Both the position numbers and the translations under genes were made by a program. Shown piece after piece: positions 26,991 through 37,989 of a stretch of 64,000 nucleotides of DNA (positions within the stretch are counted from its first letter, which is position 1; every line of letters begins with the position of its first letter). The notes under the pieces are model-generated. The model had not been told where the DNA came from. It saw only the letters and a list, made by a program, of their open reading frames with translations, and did not search any database. The DNA comes from Pseudomonadota bacterium (GTDB lineage Bacteria > Pseudomonadota > Alphaproteobacteria > RF32 > CAG-239), in NCBI GenBank assembly GCA_918234285.1, contig CAKJXZ020000030.1:1-64000 (forward strand). Direction: 5' to 3'.

Positions 26991-28444
26991 CCGAAACCGA
27001 TGTGACATATTTGGCTTTATATCCCGACGGCCATAACGAAAAAATTATGCTGGGCGAATTGCTGAATAAAGGCGGTGCTGCCGGCAAAATTTATCGCGAT
27101 GCCACTCATCCGCGCAGTGTTGCCAAGATTTTCCACGAAAAAGAGCGCAGTGATACCAATCGGCAAAAGCTCGAAGCGATGTTGCTCAATCGCCCGAATA
27201 TTCCGACCATTACCGATGATGACGGCAAGGAATATTTTCAAATTACCTGGCCGACCGCTTTGCTTGAAGATTCTCAAGGTTTCTGCGTCGGTTATCTAAT
27301 GCCGGAAATAGATACCACCGAGGCCATATCCCTCGACCACCTCATTCAAAAAGCCGTGCGCCAGCGTCTCGGTTTGACCGAACGCTATGTCGCCCGTGTC
27401 TTTGCGGCATTTAATATTGCCACCATTGTTGCCAAACTTCACGCTTGCGGCCACTACATTGTTGATTTAAAGCCATCGAATGTGTATGTTTACAAAAAAA
27501 ATCAGTTAGTGGTAGCTTTCGATTGTGACGGATTTTCGATTAAGGGCGAAAACGGCGCACGCTATCCGGCTGAATTTGTGAGCGAAGAGTATATTTATCC
27601 GGAAGGAATGGATTTAACTTGTAAAGAAATGGGCGAAGAACAGGATAAATTCGCTCTGGCTGTGATTATTTTTAAGCTCTTAAACGAGGGAATTCACCCG
27701 TTTTCAGGTACTCCGTTTAAAACCGGTGATATGCTCTCCATTCAGGAACGCATAGCCGAATACCACTATGCATACGGCTTTTGGCCGGATTCGTATCAGA
27801 AACCTAACCCGTACAGCATTCATGATTATTTGGATAAAGAAACCATGAATCTGTTCGAGCGCGCCTTTACCAAAGGCGGCGAACGCCCGACAGCTCTGGA
27901 ATGGCAAACTCATTTAGCTTATTTGCTGGATCATAGAAAACAGTGTAAAAAAGATAAAAATCATATCTATTTTACCCCGAAAGGTTGCGGCTTGTGCATT
28001 GTTGCCGAAAAGTTCAAAGAACAGGTGGAAAACTATAAAAAACAGCAGGAAAAACCGGAAACAGTGCGCGGTTTGAGCCTGAAAAAATTAGCGACCGAAA
28101 ACCTGAGCAAAGCTAAATTGGAAAAAGAGCAAAATCAAAACATCGGCAACTATTTTTTATACACCTTGCTGGCGGTTTATTTGTTGTTCTTCACTTTTTT
28201 ATATAAGATTGCCGGCATATTCAAAGACATTTTGACCGAAAGCGGTGTATTTGCACAACTGATTCTGGTAGTTTTGAGTATTATCGGCATAAACCGGTTG
28301 CTGACCGTTGTTGCGCAAAAATTGCCGGATCGCAAGCATCAAAACATTCTGAGTATGTTGCAAATCTACGGCTACATCTGCCTGCTGATTGCCTTTATCG
28401 TAGTCAACGGTCTACCGCTTGATTGGTTCCGTTTAGCCCCGTAA
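26987..28444 (+). CDS. Ser/Thr kinase (YegI family) with C-terminal TM helices
   Basis: GGAAGKIY, VAKIF, VDLKPSN, FDCDGF, DKFALAVIIFKLL..HPF; three hydrophobic helices at the C-terminus; ATGA overlap with the phosphatase. Confidence 0.9.
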   Translation: MTETDVTYLALYPDGHNEKIMLGELLNKGGAAGKIYRDATHPRSVAKIFHEKERSDTNRQKLEAMLLNRPNIPTITDDDGKEYFQITWPTALLEDSQGFCVGYLMPEIDTTEAISLDHLIQKAVRQRLGLTERYVARVFAAFNIATIVAKLHACGHYIVDLKPSNVYVYKKNQLVVAFDCDGFSIKGENGARYPAEFVSEEYIYPEGMDLTCKEMGEEQDKFALAVIIFKLLNEGIHPFSGTPFKTGDMLSIQERIAEYHYAYGFWPDSYQKPNPYSIHDYLDKETMNLFERAFTKGGERPTALEWQTHLAYLLDHRKQCKKDKNHIYFTPKGCGLCIVAEKFKEQVENYKKQQEKPETVRGLSLKKLATENLSKAKLEKEQNQNIGNYFLYTLLAVYLLFFTFLYKIAGIFKDILTESGVFAQLILVVLSIIGINRLLTVVAQKLPDRKHQNILSMLQIYGYICLLIAFIVVNGLPLDWFRLAP

Positions 28445-28590
28445 ATCCCCTATAGTTTCCCTCGGGTAACTATAGGTCATAAAAGTGCCTACTTTTCAAA
28501 TAAATAAAAAGTGATTATATTTTTTTAAAAATATTCCGAATCGATTCGGAAGACGGTGTTTTGTGGCAAAAACAAGAGAGGCGTAAAACA

Positions 28591-29982
28591 ATGAAAGCAT
28601 TAAATAAACTCAACATTTCAGGGGCTATGGTATATCCGCTGATTGAAGGCGGCAAAGGTATTAACGGTACCGACGGCAAAAGTTCCGGCTCTTGGGCCAA
28701 AGAAGGCGGTGTCGGCACCATTTCGATGGTAAGCCCGACCGAGATTTCGTTGGAAGGCTCGATTATTCCGGAAATTTTCCACGAGAAAATTCGCGCCAAA
28801 CGCCACCGCGAAATGGTTGAATATGCTATCAAGGGCGGCATCTCGCAAGCACAGATTGCTCACGATATTGCCGGTGACAACGGCCGCATTCATATAAATA
28901 TGCTGTGGGAAATGGCTGATTCACAAGAAGTTATTACCCGTGTACTTGAAGGAGCCAAGGGACTTATTCACGGTGTTACCTGCGGTGCCGGCTTGCCATA
29001 CAACTTGGGCAAAATCGCTTCTGACCACAATGTTTATTATTACCCGATTATTTCTTCGGCACGCGCCATGACGGTTTTATGGAAACGCTCTTTCAAAAAC
29101 TATGCCGAATATTTGGGCGGTGTGGTTTATGAAGACCCGTGGTTGGCCGGCGGTCACAACGGCCTGTCGAATGCCGAAGATCCGCTCTCGCCGGAGCGCC
29201 CGTACGAGCGTCTGATTGCGTTGCGCCAAGTTTTAAACGAACTCGGCCTCAAAGATTTACCGATTATAATTGCCGGCGGTGTTTGGAGCTTGAGCGACTG
29301 GCAGGATTATATCGACAATCCGGAACTCGGCAACGTGGCCTTCCAATTCGGTACCCGCCCGATGATTACCAAAGAAAGCCCGATTAGTGACGCCTGGAAA
29401 CTTTTGATGATGCACGCTAAAAAAGGCGATGTTATTTTGCAAAAATTCAGCCCGACCGGCTTCTTTTCTTCGGCGATTAAAAACAATTTCCTCAGCAATC
29501 TGATGCGCCGTAAAAAAGCGGAAATTCCGTACAGCGACACGGCGACCGACGAGCTGACTTTCCTGTTGCCGATAGCTCCGCACAAAGCCGTATACATCAA
29601 TCCGGCCGATAAAAAACAGGTAGAAGAACAACGCAATCAGGGCTATTCGATGATTAAGGAAACTCCGGATTCCACGCTGGTATTCTTAACTCCGGACGAA
29701 TGGATTGAAATGCAGAAACAGCGCTCCGAATGTGTCGGTTGCTTGTCGCAGTGCCAATTTTCCAGTTGGTCGCGCGAAAACGGCTGTACCGGCAAGATTC
29801 CGGATCCGCGTACTTATTGTATTCATCAAACCCTGATGAACATCGGCCACGGCGGCGATATTCAAAACAATTTGGCATTTGCCGGACACAACGTTTATCG
29901 TTTCGCTACCGACCCGTTGTATGCTCATAATCACATTCCGAGCGTTCACGAATTATTTAAGGCCATTTTGGAAGGTAAATAA
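28591..29982 (+). CDS. Nitronate monooxygenase / 2-nitropropane dioxygenase-family flavoprotein
   Basis: PLIEGGKG, VTCGAG, EDPWLAGGHNG, IAGGV, FQFGTRP. Confidence 0.88.
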   Translation: MKALNKLNISGAMVYPLIEGGKGINGTDGKSSGSWAKEGGVGTISMVSPTEISLEGSIIPEIFHEKIRAKRHREMVEYAIKGGISQAQIAHDIAGDNGRIHINMLWEMADSQEVITRVLEGAKGLIHGVTCGAGLPYNLGKIASDHNVYYYPIISSARAMTVLWKRSFKNYAEYLGGVVYEDPWLAGGHNGLSNAEDPLSPERPYERLIALRQVLNELGLKDLPIIIAGGVWSLSDWQDYIDNPELGNVAFQFGTRPMITKESPISDAWKLLMMHAKKGDVILQKFSPTGFFSSAIKNNFLSNLMRRKKAEIPYSDTATDELTFLLPIAPHKAVYINPADKKQVEEQRNQGYSMIKETPDSTLVFLTPDEWIEMQKQRSECVGCLSQCQFSSWSRENGCTGKIPDPRTYCIHQTLMNIGHGGDIQNNLAFAGHNVYRFATDPLYAHNHIPSVHELFKAILEGK

Positions 29983-29998
29983 TTCTACCGCGCCAACA

Positions 29999-30033
29999 AA
30001 AAAACGTCCCCGAACAAATCGGGGACATTTTTT
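29999..30033. terminator. Bidirectional terminator
   Basis: GTCCCCGA-acaaa-TCGGGGAC flanked by A and T runs. Confidence 0.7.
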
Positions 30034-30054
30034 ATACCGAATAATCCGTAAAGA

Positions 30055-30885
30055 TTATTTGGCTTCGATTTTTTTACCGTTCAAATCAAACTTTTCAACT
30101 TGCGCATTGTCGTTAAGTTCTTTAATGATTTCGGCAACGGCCTGCTGACCGAGATTAACTTTGATTTGTTCTTTTACGTTTTCAAGCGGCAACGGTTTGG
30201 TATCGCGAATATCTTCAACCAAAATTACGTGATAACCGAATTCCGTTTTAACCGGAGCCTTGGAATATTCACCTTTTTTCAAGGCAAAAGCAGCCTTAGA
30301 AAATTCCGGAACCATAACTTTTTCCGTAAAGTAACCCAAATCGGATTGATCTTTGGAAAATTTACGAGCCAGCTCATCAAAAGAGGCTTCTTTAGCTTCC
30401 AATTTAGCAATTATATCTTTTGCTTCCTGTTCGGTTGCCACCAAGATATGCTTTGCTTTGATTTCTTTTTCACTTTCGAATTTGGAAACATAATCGTCAT
30501 AAACCTTTTGAACGGCTTCATCGGTTACGCGTTCGTTAACTTTTTGTTCCATAAACACCTGACGCGCAACTTCATCCTGCAATTCGGCAAGCTGTGCCTT
30601 ATAAGCTTCGGTTTCTTGAACTTTGGCCGCGGTTGCTGCCTGCAAAGCCAACTTTCCGTTTACGGCAACATCAATGGCTTGATTATAGAAATCTTCAAAA
30701 GAAGCCTGCGCTTTAATTTGCGGGTTCTTATCATAAACTTCTTGAATTTCGGCAACGGCAATCGTTTCACCGTTAACAACGGCCGCAACACCCTTGTTCT
30801 TTTCGGCGTGAACTTTATAAGTCATAGCGCCGGCAATCAATACAACGACAGCTGCGAATGTTGCAATGATATATTTTTTCTGCAT
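30055..30885 (-). CDS. Parvulin-type peptidyl-prolyl isomerase (PrsA/PpiC)
   Basis: AKHILV, FDELARKFS, DLGYF, PVKTEFGYHVI. Confidence 0.92.
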   Translation of the reverse strand: MQKKYIIATFAAVVVLIAGAMTYKVHAEKNKGVAAVVNGETIAVAEIQEVYDKNPQIKAQASFEDFYNQAIDVAVNGKLALQAATAAKVQETEAYKAQLAELQDEVARQVFMEQKVNERVTDEAVQKVYDDYVSKFESEKEIKAKHILVATEQEAKDIIAKLEAKEASFDELARKFSKDQSDLGYFTEKVMVPEFSKAAFALKKGEYSKAPVKTEFGYHVILVEDIRDTKPLPLENVKEQIKVNLGQQAVAEIIKELNDNAQVEKFDLNGKKIEAK

Positions 30886-31032
30886 TTGATTTCCTCCTTA
30901 ATAAATAAATCAAAGCTACTATAACCCGATTATTTTAAATTTCAATATAAGTTTATAACTTTTGCGCAGAGTATTGACTTTACGAATGAATCAAACTAAG
31001 TATTATAAGACATAATATTATAAGGAATACAA

Positions 31033-33702
31033 ATGTTAGGACAAATTGCTCGTAAAATTTTTGGCAGTGCCAATGATCGTTTTGTGAAGAAACAGTATAA
31101 AGTTGTAAATCAAATAAATGCTTTGGAACCGGACTTTATTAAATTATCCGATGAACAGCTCACAGCTAAAACGCAAGAATTCAGAGAACGCCTGAAAAAA
31201 GGCGAAACGCTTGATGATATTCTGCCGGAAGCATTTGCTACCGTACGTGAAGCCGCCAAACGTGTGATGGGGCAACGCCATTACGATGTTCAGCTCATCG
31301 GCGGTATTGTTCTGCATAAAGGTATGATTGCCGAAATGAAAACTGGTGAAGGCAAGACTTTGGTGGCGACACTGGCCGCATATTTGAATGCGCTTGAAGG
31401 TAAAGGCGTGCATGTGGTTACCGTAAACGATTATCTGGCAAAACGCGATGCCGAATGGATGGGGCAGATTTATCGCTTTTTGGGCCTGACGGTCGACTAT
31501 ATCGTGCACGGCAAAAATGATAACGAGCGCCGTATGGCCTATAATGCCGATATTGTTTACGGTACCAACAATGAGCTCGGATTTGACTATTTACGCGATA
31601 ATATGAAATTCAGTCTGGCAGAACGTGTTCAACGTGATTTTAACTATGCCATCGTTGATGAAGTCGATTCGATTTTGATTGATGAAGCGCGTACTCCGTT
31701 GATTATTTCCGGTCAAGCCGAAGATTCGTCCGATACATATATTAAAGTTACCAAATTAGTCCCGTTTTTGAGCGATTCCGACTATGAAAAAGATGAAAAA
31801 CGCCGCACCGTAACCCTTACCGAGTCGGGTATGGAGCATATCGAGCAACTGCTTCGCGGTGCCGGATTAATTACCGACGGTGCTTTATACGACATCGGCA
31901 ACGTTAATCTGGTGCAACACGTTAACAACGCTTTGCGGGCGCACAAATTATTCCAACGTGACGTTGATTACATCGTTAAGGACGGCAAGGTAGTTATCGT
32001 TGACGAGTTTACCGGTCGTATTATGGAAGGTCGCCGCTTTAGTGATGGTTTACACCAAGCTCTGGAAGCTAAAGAAGGTGTGGAAATTCAATCAGAAAAC
32101 CAAACACTGGCTTCCATTACTTTCCAAAATTACTTCCGTTTATACGCCAAACTCGCCGGTATGACCGGTACGGCTATGACCGAAGAAAACGAGTTTTATG
32201 ATATTTATAACCTGACCTGTGTCGAAATTCCGACCAACAAGCCGGTAATTCGCGAAGATTTGCAAGACGAAATTTATCGCCTGGCCGACGAAAAATACCG
32301 CGCCATAATCAACACCATTATTGACAGCCATCGCCGCGGTCAACCGGTACTGGTTGGTACCACCTCGGTCGAAAAGTCCGAAATTGTAGCCGATTTATTG
32401 CATAAAGCGGCACCGGAAATAAAATTTGAAGTTTTAAATGCCCGCCATCACGAACGCGAAGCGGCCATCGTGGCTCAAGCCGGTGTTTCGGGTGCCATTA
32501 CGATTGCCACCAATATGGCCGGCCGCGGTACGGATATTCAGCTCGGCGGCAACCCTGATATGAAACTCAAAGAAAGACTTACCGGTGAAGAAACGCCGGA
32601 GCAAATTGCCGCCATTAAAAAAGAAATTGAAGCCGAAGTTGCTGCCGATAAAGAAAAAGTAATTAAGGCCGGCGGTTTATATATTGTCGGTACCGAGCGC
32701 CACGAAAGCCGTCGTATTGATAACCAGCTGCGCGGACGTTCCGGTCGTCAGGGCGATCCGGGAACTTCTAAATTCTTCCTTTCCATGGAAGATGATTTGA
32801 TGCGCATCTTCGGCTCGGAAAAAATTTCCACCGTTTTGCAGCGTCTCGGCTTGCCTGAAGGCGAAGCACTCGTTCACCCATGGATAAGCAAAGCGCTGGA
32901 AAAAGCCCAGAAAAAGGTGGAGGAACGCAACTTTGATATCCGTAAAGATTTGCTTAAATATGATAACGTTATGAACGAGCAACGCAAGATTATTTACGGT
33001 GAGCGCCGTGAAATTATGGAACAGGAAGATGTTTCGGATATCATTAAAGAAATGCGCGATGAATACTTGAGCGATATTATTCGTGCCCATGTTCCTTACG
33101 GTACTTCGGTGCAAGAATGGAATGTTGACGGCCTGAAACAAGACATTCAATCGGCAACCGGTTTCAGTATGCCGATAGCCAACTGGTGCAACAACCCGGA
33201 TATTGACAGTGACAAGATGCAAGAACTCATATTGGCTGAAGTTGATAATCGTTTGGCCGAACGTGAATCCGCTCTGCCGGAAAATATCGTTAAAATGGTA
33301 CAAAAGAGTATCTTGTTACAGGTGTTGGATCAATTGTGGAAAGATCATATTGCCGCACTTGATTTGATGCGCCATACCATCGTGTTGCGGGCTTATGGCC
33401 AAAAGGACCCGCTGAACGAATACAAAAAAGAAGCCTTTAATATGTTCTCCGATTTGCTGAATGTATTAAAAGAGCGTGTTACCGTCGTTATCTGCCATAC
33501 GGTTATTCAAACCGAAACCGAACAGCAAATGCAACGTGCCATGGATAAGGAACAGAACCGCAAAATGTCGGCTTTCCATGACGGCGCCGTAACCACCGAT
33601 GAAGAAACGAACAAAAACATTTTTGCCGATGTCGGTCGCAATGATCCTTGCCCGTGCGGCAGCGGTAAAAAATTTAAACATTGTCACGGCCGCTTAATCT
33701 GA
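31033..33702 (+). CDS. secA: Preprotein translocase ATPase SecA
   Basis: [46 protein letters not shown]. Confidence 0.99.
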   Translation: MLGQIARKIFGSANDRFVKKQYKVVNQINALEPDFIKLSDEQLTAKTQEFRERLKKGETLDDILPEAFATVREAAKRVMGQRHYDVQLIGGIVLHKGMIAEMKTGEGKTLVATLAAYLNALEGKGVHVVTVNDYLAKRDAEWMGQIYRFLGLTVDYIVHGKNDNERRMAYNADIVYGTNNELGFDYLRDNMKFSLAERVQRDFNYAIVDEVDSILIDEARTPLIISGQAEDSSDTYIKVTKLVPFLSDSDYEKDEKRRTVTLTESGMEHIEQLLRGAGLITDGALYDIGNVNLVQHVNNALRAHKLFQRDVDYIVKDGKVVIVDEFTGRIMEGRRFSDGLHQALEAKEGVEIQSENQTLASITFQNYFRLYAKLAGMTGTAMTEENEFYDIYNLTCVEIPTNKPVIREDLQDEIYRLADEKYRAIINTIIDSHRRGQPVLVGTTSVEKSEIVADLLHKAAPEIKFEVLNARHHEREAAIVAQAGVSGAITIATNMAGRGTDIQLGGNPDMKLKERLTGEETPEQIAAIKKEIEAEVAADKEKVIKAGGLYIVGTERHESRRIDNQLRGRSGRQGDPGTSKFFLSMEDDLMRIFGSEKISTVLQRLGLPEGEALVHPWISKALEKAQKKVEERNFDIRKDLLKYDNVMNEQRKIIYGERREIMEQEDVSDIIKEMRDEYLSDIIRAHVPYGTSVQEWNVDGLKQDIQSATGFSMPIANWCNNPDIDSDKMQELILAEVDNRLAERESALPENIVKMVQKSILLQVLDQLWKDHIAALDLMRHTIVLRAYGQKDPLNEYKKEAFNMFSDLLNVLKERVTVVICHTVIQTETEQQMQRAMDKEQNRKMSAFHDGAVTTDEETNKNIFADVGRNDPCPCGSGKKFKHCHGRLI

Positions 33703-33716
33703 ACGGAGTAACCAAC

Positions 33717-34469
33717 ATGATGCGAATACACGAACCGGAAAGCAATATAGAAAGAATCTTTGATTTCTGTGAGCGCAACTACAAAAAGCTCAAACGGATT
33801 TTCATTATCACTTTTTCCTGCATATTCCTGTTACTGTTTTCGCGTCTGACTATTTGGGCCGTAAATCGCTACACCTTTAACCGCGATTTGAATCGCACGG
33901 TTAACCAAATTTCACAACTGATTGACAATGTGCGTACCACTTATGCCGTAAATACCTCCACCAAAACCGATATAATGCGCTTGATGGCACAGTCGAATAC
34001 CATGCCGGGGTTTTTGGTGCAGGATGGTAAACTGGTTAACATATACGGCGGCGGTATTGCCGTTTCTTCGGCTAATCCTGTCATCCGCGACGATAAATCA
34101 CTTCCTACCTTCAAAATCGCCTACCAAGGTCTGAAAAAAGATGTTTGTATGGCCCTGTCTTATCTTGATTGGGGCGGCAAGGAAAGCGGATTGATTTCGG
34201 TAGCTCTCGGCTCCATCGACAGCGAGGGTGTAGACACCGCATTACGCGATATTGAAGAAGATGTTGAGGATGAACAAGTAGAAATCACCATTCCGGGCGG
34301 TCGCAAAAAATGGGTGAAACTACCGCGAAAAATTATGGCCAATATTGCCAAACCGGATGACGTTTCCAACCCTACTCCGTTTACCGAAGATTTAGCCGAT
34401 GAAGGTTGTAACTGCGGTTCGCAGCGCTCTTGTTCGTTTGCGTTGCGTTATTATACATATCTGCGTTGA
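33717..34469 (+). CDS. Pilin-like membrane protein (PilS-like body)
   Basis: One TM, then NIYGGGI..FKIAYQGLKKDVC..W, similar to the body of the pilin at 40256-40945; C-terminal cysteines. Confidence 0.6.
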   Translation: MMRIHEPESNIERIFDFCERNYKKLKRIFIITFSCIFLLLFSRLTIWAVNRYTFNRDLNRTVNQISQLIDNVRTTYAVNTSTKTDIMRLMAQSNTMPGFLVQDGKLVNIYGGGIAVSSANPVIRDDKSLPTFKIAYQGLKKDVCMALSYLDWGGKESGLISVALGSIDSEGVDTALRDIEEDVEDEQVEITIPGGRKKWVKLPRKIMANIAKPDDVSNPTPFTEDLADEGCNCGSQRSCSFALRYYTYLR

Positions 34470-34473
34470 TTGG

Positions 34474-35040
34474 TCACAACTTAAGCAAATTTTCGGAAAT
34501 ATCACGCGTCATTTGATGTACGGTTTCGGCCTGTGCCTCAACCAGCGCTTGCATTCCGGATTTTTTCACCGGTGCCGTATACGTTTGCTGCTCGCGCTTC
34601 AAAATCTTGCCGTTACTATCGCAAATACTCCACCAGGACGACAGGATAACCTTATCATCAGTATAAGCCTTCAAATCGTTAATTTCAACATTGATATTGT
34701 ATTGCATCGACTTATTATCGTAACTCGCCCGTTTAACGTACGCATTCGGCATATACACAATCAAATCGTTGATAACCGTTGTCTGGATAATATCCGGTAA
34801 CACTTCCGCCCAACGATGGAACTCTAAAATTTGTACTTCGGCCGAGTCTTTGTCATAAGTTACCATTTGCGATTTATCCAGCATTTCCGGCACTTTAACC
34901 TGATTAACCGCCACACTTACCGCCTTATCGGAAAGCGAATTAATGCCGGAACTGTTCATAACGTAAAATTGCGACTGCGGAGAGCGAAAACTGCATGCAT
35001 TCAACAAGATGACCATACAAATCAAAATTATTTTTTTCAT
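34474..35040 (-). CDS. PqiC-like ABC transport auxiliary lipoprotein
   Basis: Lipobox LNAC, FYVM, HRWAE; last gene of the MCE operon. Confidence 0.85.
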   Translation of the reverse strand: MKKIILICMVILLNACSFRSPQSQFYVMNSSGINSLSDKAVSVAVNQVKVPEMLDKSQMVTYDKDSAEVQILEFHRWAEVLPDIIQTTVINDLIVYMPNAYVKRASYDNKSMQYNINVEINDLKAYTDDKVILSSWWSICDSNGKILKREQQTYTAPVKKSGMQALVEAQAETVHQMTRDISENLLKL

Positions 35041-35041
35041 T

Positions 35042-35917
35042 TTATTTCTCCTTTCCCTGAACAATGGCTTCCGGATGGCGCTCCAGATAATCGGTCAAAT
35101 TCTTGAGCGAACGGCTGGCCTTAGAAATATCTTCCATGGTTTTATTCATATTTTCCATTGTCTTTCCGGCACTTCCGGTCTTCTCATCCATAACCGCGCC
35201 CAATCTCTTTGACACGGTGTTGAGGTTTTGCAAAAGCGGCGGAATATTTTTATTCAGACTCTCCGCCAAATCGTTCAAGTTTTTCATGGTATTCGGCGTT
35301 GTTTCTCTGATACTGGCCATCGTTTGTGAAATATTTTCCAAAATGAGCGGCAGACTTTCATCAATATTATCAATCAGATTGCCGACGCGAACGATGGTAT
35401 CTTGCAACGGAATATCCTCCAAATCCTTAGAAAGCTGCGCAAAAGAAGAATATACGGTCGGTATTTCCGGATATTTACCGGTGCCGCGATAAATCGCTTT
35501 GTCACTCGGCACCATCACCAGTTCAATCATCAACTGCCCGGTTAAAAAGTTAGATGTAATCAGGCGTGCTCTCAATCCTTTTTTGACCAATTCTTTCAAG
35601 AGGACTTCATATTCTTCTCTGCTTCGTTCCGGAGTGGAACCATCGTCGTTAAAAACCATATAAACCGGGGTTTTGAATGTTCCTTTTTCCAAATTCGTCA
35701 TTAAGCGGATTTTAGCCACCTTTCCGACTTCCACCCCTTGTAATACCACCGGTGAGCCGACGCTTAAACCGCGAACCGATTCATCAAAATACATGATAAG
35801 CATATCTTCATCTTTTGCCGACGCATATTTTTGTTTCACATAATAACCGACAATGACGGCAAAGCAGATTATGCCGATTAAAACAAAAAGTCCGGTAAGT
35901 CTGTATGTTTTATTCAT
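35042..35917 (-). CDS. MCE/MlaD-family protein
   Basis: FDESVRGLSVGSPVVLQGVEVGKV, GLRARL, YLERHPEAIVQG. Confidence 0.9.
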   Translation of the reverse strand: MNKTYRLTGLFVLIGIICFAVIVGYYVKQKYASAKDEDMLIMYFDESVRGLSVGSPVVLQGVEVGKVAKIRLMTNLEKGTFKTPVYMVFNDDGSTPERSREEYEVLLKELVKKGLRARLITSNFLTGQLMIELVMVPSDKAIYRGTGKYPEIPTVYSSFAQLSKDLEDIPLQDTIVRVGNLIDNIDESLPLILENISQTMASIRETTPNTMKNLNDLAESLNKNIPPLLQNLNTVSKRLGAVMDEKTGSAGKTMENMNKTMEDISKASRSLKNLTDYLERHPEAIVQGKEK

Positions 35918-36672
35918 TTTTTCTTCTCTCCTCGCGTTAAGAACTGATATACTGCCTCATTTGGCGGATTTTTCAATAATTCTCTCGGGTTACCTTTGGC
36001 CGTAATGGTTTTAGTGGCCGCATCCAAAAAGATGGAATTGGTCCCGATGGCAAAAATCGAGGCCAGCTCGTGAGTTACCACCACGATGGTCGTGCCCAAA
36101 CTGCGACTGATTTCAATAATCAAATCGTCCAAATTATGCGAACTTATCGGGTCCAATCCGGCCGATGGTTCATCAAAATACACAATATCCGGATCGAGCG
36201 CCAGAGCTCTGGCCAAACCGGCACGTTTCTTCATACCGCCGCTGATTTCGGAAGGATAAAAATCATCAAAACCGGTCAACCCGACCAAAGCCAGCTTTAA
36301 ATGCGCCAGTTCGCGCATGGCCGATGGCGAATAATCGGTGTATTGTTGCATCGGCAACATAATATTTTCAGCCAGAGTCATTGAACTGAACAGGGCTCCG
36401 CTCTGATATAGAATTCCGGATTTTGCGCGAATTTTCTGTACTTCCGCAGCCGGTGCTTTGACAATATCAACCCCGTTAATCACTACTGTTCCTTTAAGCG
36501 GCGGGATAAGTCCGGTCAGCACGCGTAACATACTGCTTTTACCGCAGCCGCTGCCCCCCATAATGATGAAAACGTCGCCTTTATTCACTTGATAATCGGC
36601 ATCATGAAGCAACACATAATCGCCGTAACCGACACTTAATCCCTTAACATCTATGGCAACCGGTTTACTCAT
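35914..36672 (-). CDS. MlaF-like ABC ATP-binding protein
   Basis: GGSGCGKS, ISGGMKKR, DEPSAGLDP, VTHE. Confidence 0.93.
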   Translation of the reverse strand: MSKPVAIDVKGLSVGYGDYVLLHDADYQVNKGDVFIIMGGSGCGKSSMLRVLTGLIPPLKGTVVINGVDIVKAPAAEVQKIRAKSGILYQSGALFSSMTLAENIMLPMQQYTDYSPSAMRELAHLKLALVGLTGFDDFYPSEISGGMKKRAGLARALALDPDIVYFDEPSAGLDPISSHNLDDLIIEISRSLGTTIVVVTHELASIFAIGTNSIFLDAATKTITAKGNPRELLKNPPNEAVYQFLTRGEKKK

Positions 36673-37799
36673 AGCCCCAACTCCATGCAAATAACCGTGA
36701 TAATACCGGTAGCGACAATCATCCAGACAATAGCTCTAACCACCGATTGCGTGGTAGCAACACCCACACTGTCGGCATTACGTCCGCAATTAAGGCCGCA
36801 ATAGCATCCGCAAACCGCGATAATGATACCGAAACAAAAACCATGAAAAACACCCACCAAAAAATTCTTCAGATTAAAGGCGTTAAAGGCGTACTTCCAA
36901 TATTCCTGATACGGCAAATCCATCATAAACACGCCGACAAAAGCCCCGCCGAGCATTCCCATAAAATCAGCCAGCATAGTTAACAGCGGCATGGCAATCA
37001 GCAGCGCCAACAGCCGCGGCAACACCAAAAAATCTACTTTGGAAAAGCCCATAGTCTGCAACGCATCCAGTTCCTCATTTACCTGCATGGTGCCGATGGT
37101 GGCGGCATAAGACGAACCGGTGCGACCGGCCATAATGATTCCAACCATAATTGCTCCCATAATGCGACACATACCGATAGTAACCAGGCTGGCCACATAA
37201 ATCTGCGCGCCGAAGGTTTCCAACTGGATGGCGCCCACAAAGGCCAGAATTAAACCGACTAAAAAGCTTATCAGTGAGACAATTCCCAATGCTTTGGGGC
37301 CGCAATCTTCCAACGCCGCCCAAAAGTCAACCCGTCGCATGATTGAGCGAAAACTCATCCATCTGCCGACAGATGAACACAGCTGCCCCAAAAAATCCAT
37401 AACATTCGATGTTTTTTGCAAAATATCCAGTGTTGCCTTGCCTAAATTTTCAAGAAATGGCATTTTGGCCGAACCACCATGCGTCGGCTTGCGATCATCG
37501 GCAAATGCCAGACGCATTAAATCCCGCAGATTCTGAGGCAACTCGGATAATTCGCAATCAATTCCCGCTTCCTTAGTCGCTCTGACGCTTTCATACAGAA
37601 CAACCAACAACGATGAATCCCACTCCCGCAAACCATCGGCATTCAGTATCAACCGTTTCGGCTTTGCGGCAATTTGCCGCTTCAGTTCGGCAAAAAATTC
37701 CGGATTATCATAATTCACCACGTCGCCGGATACGGACAAGCGTAAAGCATTATCCTCCGTACGTTTGAATTCGATATTATTTTCCGTCTTTTTCCGCAT
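36669..37799 (-). CDS. MlaE-family permease with N-terminal STAS-like domain
   Basis: AGRTGSSYAATIGTMQVNEELDAL, LVLPR, VGVATTQSVV. Confidence 0.93.
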   Translation of the reverse strand: MRKKTENNIEFKRTEDNALRLSVSGDVVNYDNPEFFAELKRQIAAKPKRLILNADGLREWDSSLLVVLYESVRATKEAGIDCELSELPQNLRDLMRLAFADDRKPTHGGSAKMPFLENLGKATLDILQKTSNVMDFLGQLCSSVGRWMSFRSIMRRVDFWAALEDCGPKALGIVSLISFLVGLILAFVGAIQLETFGAQIYVASLVTIGMCRIMGAIMVGIIMAGRTGSSYAATIGTMQVNEELDALQTMGFSKVDFLVLPRLLALLIAMPLLTMLADFMGMLGGAFVGVFMMDLPYQEYWKYAFNAFNLKNFLVGVFHGFCFGIIIAVCGCYCGLNCGRNADSVGVATTQSVVRAIVWMIVATGIITVICMELGL

Positions 37800-37989
37800 T
37801 CTCCAAAGCCTCGGCCAATTCTTCGGTTTCCAATTCGTCTAAATCCTCGGATGCCACGGCGTAACTGCCGTTAAACCAGTGGTTTAAGTCAACATCCGCA
37901 CAACGTTTTGAGCAAAACGGCATATATTCCTCTCCGGCAAATAACTTGCCGCAAATCGGACATTTATGCGTTTTTATAACATCACTCAC
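37777..37989 (-). CDS. yacG: DNA gyrase inhibitor YacG
   Basis: CPICGK..PFCSKRCADVDLNHW. Confidence 0.93.
   Translation of the reverse strand: MSDVIKTHKCPICGKLFAGEEYMPFCSKRCADVDLNHWFNGSYAVASEDLDELETEELAEALENAEKDGK

Noticed and set aside
28449-28485. Similarity of GTAACTATAGGTC to the 23S rRNA / I-CeuI site
   Set aside because: Short and imperfect; it is one arm of a simple hairpin after the kinase gene.
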